Below, piece after piece: positions 18,373 through 26,872 of a stretch of 64,000 nt of DNA. Each line of letters starts with the position of its first letter. Position 1 is the first letter of the stretch. Under the pieces are notes generated by a model. The model did not search any database, was not told where the DNA came from, and worked only from the letters and a program-made list of their open reading frames with translations. Position numbers and translations under genes: made by a program. Source of the stretch: an uncultured Acidobacteriota bacterium (GTDB lineage Bacteria > Acidobacteriota > Vicinamibacteria > Vicinamibacterales > UBA2999); assembly GCA_963713655.1 (NCBI GenBank), contig CAVQMT010000046.1, positions 1,946-65,945 of the forward strand, read 5' to 3'.

Positions 18373-20826
18373 ATGATTCGATCGGTTCCAATTCGTGCAG
18401 CAGTCCCGTCGTTGTTCACCCACTGGCGCCGCGCCCTGAGCGTGGCCTGCCTGCTGGCCGTCACGGCTGTGGCCGCGGATGCGCAGGAGACGGCAACGAT
18501 CACCGGCACGGCGCTGGACCAGCTCGGCGCCCGTTTGTCGGGGGCCACGGTCACCCTCTCGGGTGGCCCGACCTCACGTCAAACCACGACGGGCAGCGAC
18601 GGCACCTATACATTCGCCAACGTGGCGGCGGGGCGGTATCAAGTGGTGGCCACCGCCACCGGCTTCGCGCCGGCGACATCCGCAGCGGTCTACGTCGGCG
18701 CCGGCGCCCGCGTGAACGTCGGCGTCACGCTGCAGGTGGGTCCGCTGCAGCAGGCCGTGGTGGTCACGGCAGCCGCGGGCGAGCTGCTGCAATCGCAGAC
18801 CGGCGCGCCGGTGACGGTGATCGACTCGACCATCCTCGCGGCGCAGAACAAGCCCGAGCTCCAGGAGGCGCTGCGGCTGGTGCCCGGCGCGCAAGTTCAG
18901 CAGACCGGAGCGCGCGGCGGCCAGTCGTCGCTGTTCGTGCGCGGTGGAGCCGCCGACTTCACCAAGGTACTTGTGGACGGCGTTTCAGTGAACGACATCG
19001 GCGGCGGATTCGACTTCTCGCAGATCCAGACCACTGGCGTGGAGCGCATCGAGGTGATGCGCCAGGCCAATAGCGTCGTCTACGGCAGCGACGCGCTGAC
19101 CGGCGTGGTCAACATCGAGACGCGCCGCGGCCGGACCCGCATCCCCGACGTCGGCCTACACGGTGGACGGCGGCAACCTGGGCACGTTCCGGACCAACGC
19201 GTCGATCGGCGGCGCGGTGAAGCGCGTGGACTACTTCTCCGAGTACTCCTACTTCACCACCGATAACGAGGTGCCGAACAACGGCTACCGCAACAACACC
19301 TACGCGGGCCGGCTCGGCGTCATGCTCGGTAACAACACCGACCTCAGCGCCACGCTCCGCGCCATCGACGGCAAGTTCGGCAACCCCAACGGCTTCGCGC
19401 TCTTCGGCATCGCCGACGACTCCACCTCCGACGCCGAGCTCCTCTACGGCGGCATCAGGGCCCAGTCGCAGTGGACCGATCGGCTGCAGACCACCATCCG
19501 CTACGGCTCGATGGGCCAGACCAGCTTCTTCAACAACCCGACACCGACCGGGCAGCCGTTCGACCCGTTCGGTTTCGGCGCCAACTACCTGGGACAGACG
19601 GTTACGCTGCGCGGCGCCAACGGCACCTCGGTGACCGGTCAGGGGATTCTGGACTACGGCGGCGTCTACCCGCAGCCGTTCGAGAGCCGCACCACCCGGC
19701 GGACGCTGTTCGGCCAGGCTACCTACCGCATCGCCGGCGACCTGCACCTCTCGGGCGGCGGCCGGTTCGAAAAGGAGGCCGGCTACAGCGACCCCGACGG
19801 CGACCCCGACCAGACGCGCAACAACGGCGGCGTGTTCGTCGAGGGCCGCGGCAGTATCGGCGGCCGCACGCACATCAGCGCCGGCATCGGCGTCGAGCAC
19901 AACGCCGCGTTCGACACCGCCACCACGCCGCGGCTGTCAATCGCCTCCTATCTCCGGAACCCGGCGCGCGGGGCGGTCGGCGACACCAAGCTGGTGCTCA
20001 ACTTCGGCAAGGGCATCAAGGCGATGAGCGTGTTCCAGCAGCAAAGCTCGCTCTTCGGGCTGCTCGAATCCGTGCCCGGTGCTCCGCCGGTGGATCCGCT
20101 GGGGCCGGAACGCAGCACCAGCTTCGACGTCGGCGTGGAACAGGGCTTCGCCGACGGCCGGGCGCGCGTGCGAGCGTCCTACTTCTGGAACTCGTTCGAG
20201 GATCTGATCGAGTACGTGAACAAGTCGGCGCTGCCGCTGGTCGGCGTCCCGCCCGCGGTCGCGCAGGCCACCGCCTTCGGCGCCTACGTGAACTCGTCGT
20301 CGTACGACAGCCAGGGCCTCGAAGACTTCGGCCGAGGCCGCCCTGGGCGCCGTGCGGCTGATGGCGTCTTATACCGTTCGTCGACGCCGAGGTCACCGAG
20401 TCCTTCAGCGGCGGCGTGCTGGCGCCGGCCTTCAACCCCGCCTTTCCCGGCGTGCCGATCGGACAGTTCTCGCCGCTGGTGGGCGAGCGCCCGTTCCGCC
20501 GGCCGACGCACTCCGGGTCGTTCATGGTCAGCTACCTGGCAGGACCGTTCGACGTGGCGTTGTCGGCGTACCTGTCGGGCCGGCGCGACGGCAGCACATT
20601 CCTGAGCGACGGCTTCTTCGGCTACTCGATGCTGCTGCCGAACCAGGATCTCGAGGCGGGGTACCAGAAGGTGGATCTCGCGGCGGGTTATCGCGTTCTC
20701 CGCAGTCTGAAAGTGTTCACCAGCATCGAGAACCTGTTCGACAAGGACTACCAGGCGTCCTACGGGTTCCCTGCCCTGCCGATCACCGCGCGCTTCGGAG
20801 TGACCGTGAACTTCGGCGGACGCTAG
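18373..20826 (+). CDS. TonB-dependent receptor with CarboxypepD_reg-like N-domain (BtuB-like by context), three frame breaks
   Basis: The signal peptide is followed by ATITGTALD...GSDGTYTFANVAAGRYQVV. The plug reads LRLVPGAQVQQTGARGGQSSLFVRGG...VLVDGVSVND. The barrel ends ...ITARFGVTVNFGGR*. Pieces lie in ORFs 18187..19266, 19163..20605, 20352..21137 and 20416..20826. Shifts are at about 19150, 20325 and 20375. Confidence 0.85.
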
Positions 20827-20838
20827 CGAGCTGCTCTC

Positions 20839-20882
20839 CGGAAGCCGCGAAGTCGGAAGCTCGGAAGTCGGGAACCGCAAGC
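20839..20882. repeat. imperfect 7-8 nt tandem repeats (CGNRAAG-type), about 6 units
   Basis: cggaagc cgcgaagt cggaagct cggaagt cgggaac cgcaagc. They lie between convergent stops at 20826 and 20885. Confidence 0.8.
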
Positions 20883-20884
20883 CG

Positions 20885-22387
20885 CTACAACGGCCAATTG
20901 CGAGGCACCTTCACCACGAAGGTGCCCGCAATCTTGTCGTGCCAGGCCTGCTGTTCGGGGTCGCGGAGCACCCACAGGCAGCCAATGCCCAGCACGCCAA
21001 TCGAGAAGATGCTGGCCAGGCTCCGGACCAGCGCCTCGGCCGGCCCGATGCGCGTGCCGTCGATCCGCGTGACGCGGAGCTGGCAGATGATGGCGCCGAC
21101 CGTCGCCCCCTTCCAGGTCCAGAACCCGAACCGGTAGGCGAGAAACACCGGCACGAACGTATCGCTGTCGAGCGGATCCAGCAGCCCGATCGTGATGCCG
21201 ACCAGAATCGCGTCGAGGACGAACGCCGCCAGCCGGTCGGTGAACGACGCCCGCGGGAAGAGCGTGGTTGCAGCGGCGGACGCCGGGGCCTCGGGCACGA
21301 CATCGGGAGTGGGCGGAGGGATCACCGGCGGGGGCATCGGCGGCACCACCGGGGCGATCGGCGCCGGCGGCGGCGGATTCTCCTTGCGATAGGCGGACAC
21401 GAACGCCAGCGTGGCGGCGCCCAGGCCGGTGGCGCCGGCAAGCGCCCACACGACGCCGCCAAGAATCGGCACCATGTAGGCGACGATCAGCAGCACCGAT
21501 CCGATCGCGAACGAGCGCGCCAGCAGGAAACGGCTGTGCTCTTCGCCCTCGGACACCAGGCGGCTGCCCAACCACCGCGCGACGGCGATCTTGCCGACCA
21601 GCCCGGCCACGAACACCGCACACAGCGCCACCGGCACCACCAGCAGCCCGATCACGGACGCCGCGAGAAGCAGCACGATCGGACCGAGCAGCAGCAGGAC
21701 TATGAGGCCGGTGACGAGCGCCTTGAGCGGTGTCAGCGTCAAGGTGTCGGCGGCCACACGCACCGGGTGGTCGAAGATCAGCAGCAGCACGAGGTAAATC
21801 AGAAACACCGCGAACACGACCGCCCACACCCACGGCAAATCGGGTACAACCGGCCGGCCCCAGAGCAACCCCCGCATCAGCCAGGGCAGCAGGCCGCGGA
21901 CGCGGTCTCCGACCGCGCGGAAACCGATCACCACCTGCTCGCCGCCGGCCATGAAGTCGGCCGGCGCGTCCAGTCCGCCGCCGACCACCACCAGGTCGCG
22001 GCGCGCTGCGGCGCCCGACTCGACCGCCAGGCTGCCGCCGACCACCACGACGTCGCCCTCGACCACCGCCTTCGGACCGAGGCGCGCCTCGCCCAGAACC
22101 ACCACGAGGTCGCCGTCGACACGGCCTTCGATGGTGGCGGCGCCCATGACGACAACAATCTCGTCCACCTCGTCGCCGGCGGCCAGGGTGTAGTTGCTGC
22201 CGACCCGCACCACCTCTTCGCCGTTTCGACCGAAGTCGTCGAGCGGCGGCAACGGCGCGTCCGGCGCTTGCGGCGCCGTCGGCTCCACGGGGGCCTGCGG
22301 AGCGGGCGGCGGCGGTCCCGGCTGTTGCGCGGCCAGTTCGACGGCCGGGAATCCCAACACGAGCGCGAGCACAATGGCTCTGAGCAT
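20885..22387 (-). CDS. membrane protein: N-terminal bactofilin-like beta-helix repeats, polytopic middle, C-terminal RDD domain
   Basis: A signal peptide and Pro-rich linker come first. The repeats read VVVMGAATIEGRVDGDLVVVLGEARLGPKAVVEGDVVVVGGSL.... About 6 TM segments follow. The C-terminus reads RLAAFVLDAILVG...WHDKIAGTFVV (RDD-type). The gene is intact. Confidence 0.7.
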   Translation of the reverse strand: MLRAIVLALVLGFPAVELAAQQPGPPPPAPQAPVEPTAPQAPDAPLPPLDDFGRNGEEVVRVGSNYTLAAGDEVDEIVVVMGAATIEGRVDGDLVVVLGEARLGPKAVVEGDVVVVGGSLAVESGAAARRDLVVVGGGLDAPADFMAGGEQVVIGFRAVGDRVRGLLPWLMRGLLWGRPVVPDLPWVWAVVFAVFLIYLVLLLIFDHPVRVAADTLTLTPLKALVTGLIVLLLLGPIVLLLAASVIGLLVVPVALCAVFVAGLVGKIAVARWLGSRLVSEGEEHSRFLLARSFAIGSVLLIVAYMVPILGGVVWALAGATGLGAATLAFVSAYRKENPPPPAPIAPVVPPMPPPVIPPPTPDVVPEAPASAAATTLFPRASFTDRLAAFVLDAILVGITIGLLDPLDSDTFVPVFLAYRFGFWTWKGATVGAIICQLRVTRIDGTRIGPAEALVRSLASIFSIGVLGIGCLWVLRDPEQQAWHDKIAGTFVVKVPRNWPL

Positions 22388-22414
22388 GCAATCTCCCTTC
22401 AGAGAACCTGTCGA

Positions 22415-22885
22415 TTACGCGGTGGCGCGGCCCAGCGTGACGCGGGTCAACACCGCCGCGCACAGCGCGAACACACCGCCCATCACCACGGCGAACGCCG
22501 ACGCATAGAGGACCAACGGCCCCAGCAGGGTGCGCCAGACAGCCTGGACGGCGCCCGCCACTTCCAGCACGCGGCGCACGCTGTCGGGCGGCTGCCAGGT
22601 CAGGTGCTGCACCACTGAAGCGGCCAAAGAGGTCGCGGCCCTGGCGGTGACCTGAAGCGCCGAGGGCATCCACCAGATACCCGCGGCGATGAGCAGCAAC
22701 GCCACCGCCGCCGCTGCCAGACGGCCGCCGGCCGGCCACGCGAACCACGAACGCCGGTACCAGGGCGCCTGGCCCCGCAGCCGCACCGCCGCCATCACGC
22801 GCGGCGTCAGCGTGCCCGGCGCCCGGGGTGCGGGCAGCCGCCGCAGCGCCGCGGCGATTTCACGCTCGAGCTCAGCAGGATCCAT
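22415..22885 (-). CDS. putative anti-sigma factor / membrane protein
   Basis: Overlaps the sigma gene stop by 14 nt. The N-terminus is cytoplasmic, followed by TM segments. Confidence 0.5.
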   Translation of the reverse strand: MDPAELEREIAAALRRLPAPRAPGTLTPRVMAAVRLRGQAPWYRRSWFAWPAGGRLAAAAVALLLIAAGIWWMPSALQVTARAATSLAASVVQHLTWQPPDSVRRVLEVAGAVQAVWRTLLGPLVLYASAFAVVMGGVFALCAAVLTRVTLGRATA

Positions 22886-23408
22886 GAGCCGGTGTCAGCG
22901 CGCGCCTGAGCGCCAGGCGTCCGCGGTGCATGTCGGTCTTGAGCTTGCCCAGCGAGACGCGCAGCGTGGCGGCAATCTGCTCGTAGGTCAGGCCGTCGAA
23001 GTGGAAAAGCGCCAGCGGCACACGCTGGTGGTCGGGCAGCGCCGCCAGGGCCCGCTCGAGGCGCGTCGCCTCGTCGGCGCGCTGCAGGTCGTCCACCACC
23101 GACGACGCCAGCGACTCGATGGCGTCGGCCACCGGCGGGGCATCGTCCGAATCCAACTCGCTGAAGAAGCGCCACCGCCGGCGGTAACGCGACAGGTGGT
23201 TCAGGCACAGGTTGGTCGCCACCGTCTTCAGCCACCCGCCCGCGCTCGGGCTGATCCGCAGCCCGTCGAATCGCTCGAACGCCTTCAGGAACACTGTCTG
23301 CGCCACGTCTTCGGCCTCGGCATGGTTGCCCAGCAGGCGCACGGCGGTGGCAAACACCATGTCCTCGTACCGCCGCACGAACGCCTCGAACTCGTCCGCG
23401 CCGGTCAT
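22872..23408 (-). CDS. ECF (sigma-70 family) RNA polymerase sigma factor
   Basis: Region 2 reads YEDMVFATAVRLLGNHAEAEDVAQTVFLKAF. Region 4 reads FHFDGLTYEQIAATLRVSLGKLKTDMHRGR. Confidence 0.85.
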   Translation of the reverse strand: MTGADEFEAFVRRYEDMVFATAVRLLGNHAEAEDVAQTVFLKAFERFDGLRISPSAGGWLKTVATNLCLNHLSRYRRRWRFFSELDSDDAPPVADAIESLASSVVDDLQRADEATRLERALAALPDHQRVPLALFHFDGLTYEQIAATLRVSLGKLKTDMHRGRLALRRALTPAHGSC

Positions 23409-23490
23409 CGGAGCTGCCAGCTCAACCCGCCGCCACTACGACAAGAACCCGACACTTCAGCGAGAAGTTTCACCATCGGGATGTGGAGGG

Positions 23491-23517
23491 ATACGGCGAG
23501 CTCGACCGCTGGGTTCT
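23491..23517 (-). promoter_or_regulatory. candidate ECF-type promoter (GAACC-N16-CGTAT)
   Basis: The minus strand reads aaGAACCcagcggtcgagctcgcCGTATc, about 83 nt upstream of the sigma start. This is a motif match only. Confidence 0.25.
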
Positions 23518-23710
23518 TGCGCTAGGAAAGGACGAAGAAGTCCGAGAGGTGCCACTTCTGCAGCCCAAAAGCCCGCCTGAGGTCGACCTTTACCGATGAC
23601 GAATTCGTAATTGCCAGACGATGATGCATTCTTCGCGCTTTTGCGAGAGCATCTTGCACGGAAGAGGTCGGATTCGCCTCGTTGGTGCCATAATTGCAGG
23701 TCGGTCCTCC

Positions 23711-24767
23711 ATGCCCTATGCCCATGAACTCAGAAATCAGCGACGTATAAAGCGTGCAGCGTTGGTCACCGCGGTCTTGGTGGGCCTCTTCGTGGCGCTC
23801 TTCATCGCGCCGACGCGAATGCAGGGATGGGCAGGTTTGGGATGGGGCAGCCTGTTCGGCCCCGAGGAGAAGTTGAATGTGGAAGCGCCGTCTGAACCTC
23901 CGGCGGTGGCTCGAGCAAAGGCGCACCCTGGCGGCCACCTGAGCTTGCCGACGGCGCTCGAATGGACTGACGATGTCGCCACTGGTTGCGCCGACTGTAA
24001 CGGGTGGCAGTGGCCCTACGGCTTCGAGTTGACAGAACTAGACCATGCCGGGCTGGCAGAGCTTGAAGAGTCGGCCGGAGCTTCTCCCTCGACGCATTCG
24101 CTGATGGCGAATGCATCCAACGGTGGTGGCTCCAGACGCGGCTCAGGTTCCGCTGGACGGAGCGCCGGAGGATCAGGCGGTTCGGGCGGAGGTGGCGGTG
24201 GAGCCTCGAAGAAGCCGGGCGAGACAAGCAGCGACGAGGTCGGCAGCGATTCAGGGGATCCTTCGACCGTCGGCGCTGAGCTCCAGGCAGCGCCGGCCAG
24301 CGCCGCCCATGAGGCGTCGGCCGGCGGACGGAAACGGAGGCGGAAACGGACGGCGGAGCCCGTCGGCAGCGTCCAATGCCTCCCCGGTCTCGGCCCGGCC
24401 AATTGTGGATAGCGTCGTGGCCGCTGTTGGTCCAGTTGAGACTGACAACCTGTTGCTGTCGCCGATCAGGGACAGCCAAGACGTCTCAGTGGGCCCGCTC
24501 GCGTCCAACGATCCGTCTGCTCGACGCGACGACGTCCTCAAAGCCGTCGCCGATTCGCCCGTGGGTGCGGAGACGATTTACGGCGAAGGCGACGCCAAGA
24601 AGGTCGCGGACCTCGTCGGTCTCGGTCCTGCCTCTGCTGAATCGGAGAACGGAGGCGAGCAGCGCATCGACATCGTCCCAGAACCGGCCACTCTGACACT
24701 CGTCGCGATAACACTCGCAGGCACGTTGTATCGGCATCGGCGACGTCGAACCGCGTCCTGCTGCTAG
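23711..24767 (+). CDS. PEP-CTERM sorting-domain protein, one frame break
   Basis: The C-terminus IVPEPATLTLVAITLAGTLYRHRRRR shows PEP, a TM segment and an Arg cluster, in ORF 24111..24767. The N-terminal TM/signal RIKRAALVTAVLVGLFVALFIAP and a Gly/Ser-rich middle are in ORF 23621..24412. The shift is at about 24300-24400 and the start is uncertain. The 5' region is visibly AT-richer than its surroundings. Confidence 0.6.
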
Positions 24768-24821
24768 GCGTGCGAGGCTCCGGAATCGCGGCGTCACCAG
24801 CGGACGCTATACTGATCCGGG

Positions 24822-24910
24822 GCCTGAGTGGCGGAACTGGCAGACGCAGGAGACTCAAAATCTCCCGCCGGTCACCCGGCGTGTGGGTTCGATTCCCTCC
24901 TCAGGCACCA
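24822..24910 (+). tRNA. tRNA-Leu (anticodon CAA), CCA encoded
   Basis: The acceptor stem is gcctgag/ctcaggc. The D arm is gcgg-aactggcaga-cgc. The anticodon stem is ggaga/tctcc with loop CTCAAAA. The long variable arm is cgccgg-tcac-ccggcg. The T arm is gtggg-ttcgatt-ccctc with one U-U mismatch, followed by ACCA. Confidence 0.9.
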
Positions 24911-24923
24911 CGCTCTCCTGCGT

Positions 24924-24997
24924 CTGGCAGACGCAGGAGACTCCAGTATCTCTTTCGCCGGTCACCCGGCGTGTGGGTTTGAATCCCTGTCTCAGCC
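24924..24997 (+). pseudogene. degenerate partial copy of the tRNA-Leu gene (D loop to T loop)
   Basis: ctggcagacgcaggagactc...cgccggtcacccggcgtgtgggtt(t)ga(a)tccct aligns to 24837-24898. The copy has no acceptor stem and an 8-nt anticodon loop (ctccagta). Confidence 0.6.
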
Positions 24998-25049
24998 AGC
25001 CAGGGCCTCAGTCATGTCCCGACGCGCTTCGCGCATCGGGAACGAGAGC

Positions 25050-25069
25050 GATTCCCTCCTCAGGCACCA
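25050..25069 (+). repeat. perfect 20-nt direct repeat of the tRNA-Leu 3' end
   Basis: gattccctcctcaggcacca at 25050-25069 is identical to 24891-24910. Confidence 0.9.
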
Positions 25070-25180
25070 TCAGCATTCCTTCGGTCTTTGGTCCCGCCAA
25101 GGACCACTGAAGACTCGCGACATTAGACTCACGACCAACGGGTAGGCGGTATACTGTTCTTTTTTCTGCCAGCCCTCCAC

Positions 25181-25579
25181 ATGACCCGCATCGGACCGTC
25201 ATTCGTCATCTCGGGTGAACTCCTCAGCAGCGAGGACATCATCATCGAAGGTCGTGTGGACGGCCAGGTGCAGATCAAGGGCGCGCCCCTGATCATCGCA
25301 TCGCGCGGCGCGGTGCGAGCCGACGTTCGCGCCGTGCGAGTGCTGGTCGAAGGCCAGCTCAAGGGCAGCATCTCGGCCACCGAGCGCATCGAGCTGACCG
25401 CGAGCGCCCGGGTCGAGGGAGCCCTCAGCGCCAACGAGATCATCATCACGGAAGGCGCGCGGTTCGATGGCGGCATCGACATGCAGCGACGGACCATCGA
25501 GTCGAAGGTGGCGCATTACCGGGCGCAGCAGGCCTCCGGCGCCAGCGGACCAGCGGCGGCGCCTGCCATCGCTCCATGA
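25181..25579 (+). CDS. bactofilin (polymer-forming cytoskeletal protein)
   Basis: VISGELLSSEDIIIEGRVDGQVQIKGAPLIIASRGAVRADVRAVRVLVEGQLKGSISATERIELTASARVEGAL is a DUF583-type beta-helix repeat. Confidence 0.8.
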   Translation: MTRIGPSFVISGELLSSEDIIIEGRVDGQVQIKGAPLIIASRGAVRADVRAVRVLVEGQLKGSISATERIELTASARVEGALSANEIIITEGARFDGGIDMQRRTIESKVAHYRAQQASGASGPAAAPAIAP

Positions 25580-25968
25580 GCCGGCGCGGGGTCGTGGCCC
25601 CGACCATCCTCGTCGCCAGCCTCCTGGCAGCCGCCTGCAGCGGCAACTTGACGGTCAACACGATCCAGGTCGGCAAGTCGCTCAACTCCGACAACAGCGT
25701 GGCGGTGCTGGCGACGACGTTCAAGCGCAACGACACGATTTACGCGTCCGTGCTGACCGACGGCACTGGCCGCGGCACGCTGAGCGCCCGCTTCTCCTAC
25801 GGCGGCCGCGTGATCAGCGAGCCGAAAAAACCCGTCTCCTACAAGGGCAGCGCCGCCACCGAGTTCCACATCGAGTATTCCGGCGGGTTTCCGCCCGGCG
25901 ACTACGACATCGAGCTGTTCCTGAACGGGATGTCCGTCGGCATGCGACGCGTCCGCGTCGAGCCCTAG
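25576..25968 (+). CDS. lipoprotein of unknown function
   Basis: The ATG overlaps the bactofilin stop (ATGA). Lipobox LLAAAC. Confidence 0.55.
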   Translation: MSRRGVVAPTILVASLLAAACSGNLTVNTIQVGKSLNSDNSVAVLATTFKRNDTIYASVLTDGTGRGTLSARFSYGGRVISEPKKPVSYKGSAATEFHIEYSGGFPPGDYDIELFLNGMSVGMRRVRVEP

Positions 25969-25980
25969 AAGCGCGTCACA

Positions 25981-26355
25981 TTGCCCACCGCCGTTCAACG
26001 ACTGACGACAATCGAGCAGGTGGACGCCCTCATGGGCGAGTCGTCCACGCATCCCGTACTGGTCTTCAAGCACAGCCTCACGTGTGGCACCAGCGCACAG
26101 GCGCTCGACGAGTTGGCGGACCATCTGGAGCATGCCGACGGCCCGCATGCGCACTATGCGCTCGTCACCGTGCAGACACACCGCGACGTCTCGACCGCCA
26201 TCTCGACGCGCGTCGGCATCCGGCACGAGACCCCGCAGGCGCTGCTCATCATGGGCGGCCGCGTGGTCTGGAGCGCCTCGCACTTCCGCGTCACCGCCGA
26301 GGCGATCGCCAAGGCAATCCAGTCGCACCAAACGGCGGATCTGCAGCGGCCGTAG
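25981..26355 (+). CDS. YtxJ-like monothiol thioredoxin-fold protein (bacillithiol-system type)
   Basis: TTG start. PVLVFKHSLTCGTSAQA carries a TCxxS single-Cys motif. About 124 aa. Confidence 0.6.
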   Translation: MPTAVQRLTTIEQVDALMGESSTHPVLVFKHSLTCGTSAQALDELADHLEHADGPHAHYALVTVQTHRDVSTAISTRVGIRHETPQALLIMGGRVVWSASHFRVTAEAIAKAIQSHQTADLQRP

Positions 26356-26358
26356 ACC

Positions 26359-26872
26359 TCACACGTTCCGCGCGACGACGCTGGCGACGTCGCGGCCGTC
26401 GAACTCCCCTTCTCGCGACTCGAGCACCTCGAATAAGCCGACCAGTTCGCGAAGCTCGCCGGGCCGGAGCAGGAAGTCGGGGTTGGTGGGCTTGCCGCGC
26501 GCGGCTTGCGCGGTGGTGAAGGTTTCGTAGACCAGCACCCCGCCGGGGCGCAGCGCCGCACGTAGTTGCGGGAAAGAGCGGCCGGTGCAGGTAATGCACC
26601 ACCACGATCACGTCAAAAGCCTGGGTCGGGAACGCGGCGCCTTCCGCTTCCAGATCGATCGACTCGACCTGGACCGACAGACCTCGCCGGCGCGCGTCAG
26701 CGTCGAGTTCGCGCAAGGCGTCCAGATCACGATCGATCGCCGTCACGCGCCATCCCAGGTCGGCCAGCCACAGCGCGTGGCGGCCGCGACCACAGGCCAC
26801 GTCCAGCGCGGCGCCGGGCGGCAGCAGGTGCCGGTGCATGGTCAGCCAGGCGGCCGGCGTGGCAGCGCTCAC
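26359..26872 (-). CDS. class I SAM-dependent methyltransferase, one frame break
   Basis: Motif I is ALDVACGRGRHALWLADLGWRVTAIDRD. After ...VVVHYLHRPLFP, a shift at the ccc run near 26560 gives QLRAALRPGGVLVYETF...VVARNV*, ending at TGA 26359-26361. The GTG start overlaps the upstream stop (GTGA). Confidence 0.75.

Noticed and set aside
20939-22618. Long antisense ORFs of 300-600 aa. Examples are 20939..22618 (+), 31081..32772 (-), 33125..34843 (-), 60016..61656 (+), 4773..6185 (+), 7524..9104 (-) and 37712..39007 (+).
   Set aside because: They lie opposite genes with unmistakable family motifs. They are Arg/Ala/Gly/Pro/His-rich and have no recognisable domains. Such shadow ORFs are expected in very GC-rich DNA, where stop codons are rare.
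24924-24997. A possible second functional tRNA, for example Leu-CAG if one c in the loop is an error.
   Set aside because: No acceptor stem can be formed. The anticodon loop has 8 nt, position 37 would be a pyrimidine, and the T stem has two mismatches.
24828-25145. A 105-aa track ORF covering the tRNA region. Its sequence contains the internal repeat ADAGDS...AGHPACGF.
   Set aside because: It is the translation of the tRNA-Leu gene and its decayed copies. The internal repeat mirrors the nucleotide duplication, not a protein domain.
25123-25155. A sigma-70-like promoter (TTAGAC ... TATACT) upstream of the bactofilin gene.
   Set aside because: The spacer would be 21 nt, far from the 17 +/- 1 optimum. 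Only the -10-like TATACT (25150-25155) is convincing, which is not enough to call a promoter.
24770-25180. A prophage or integrative element at the tRNA-Leu locus.
   Set aside because: No integrase, excisionase, phage or conjugation genes lie within at least 20 kb on either side. Only the att-like repeat scar is present, and it is reported as a finding.
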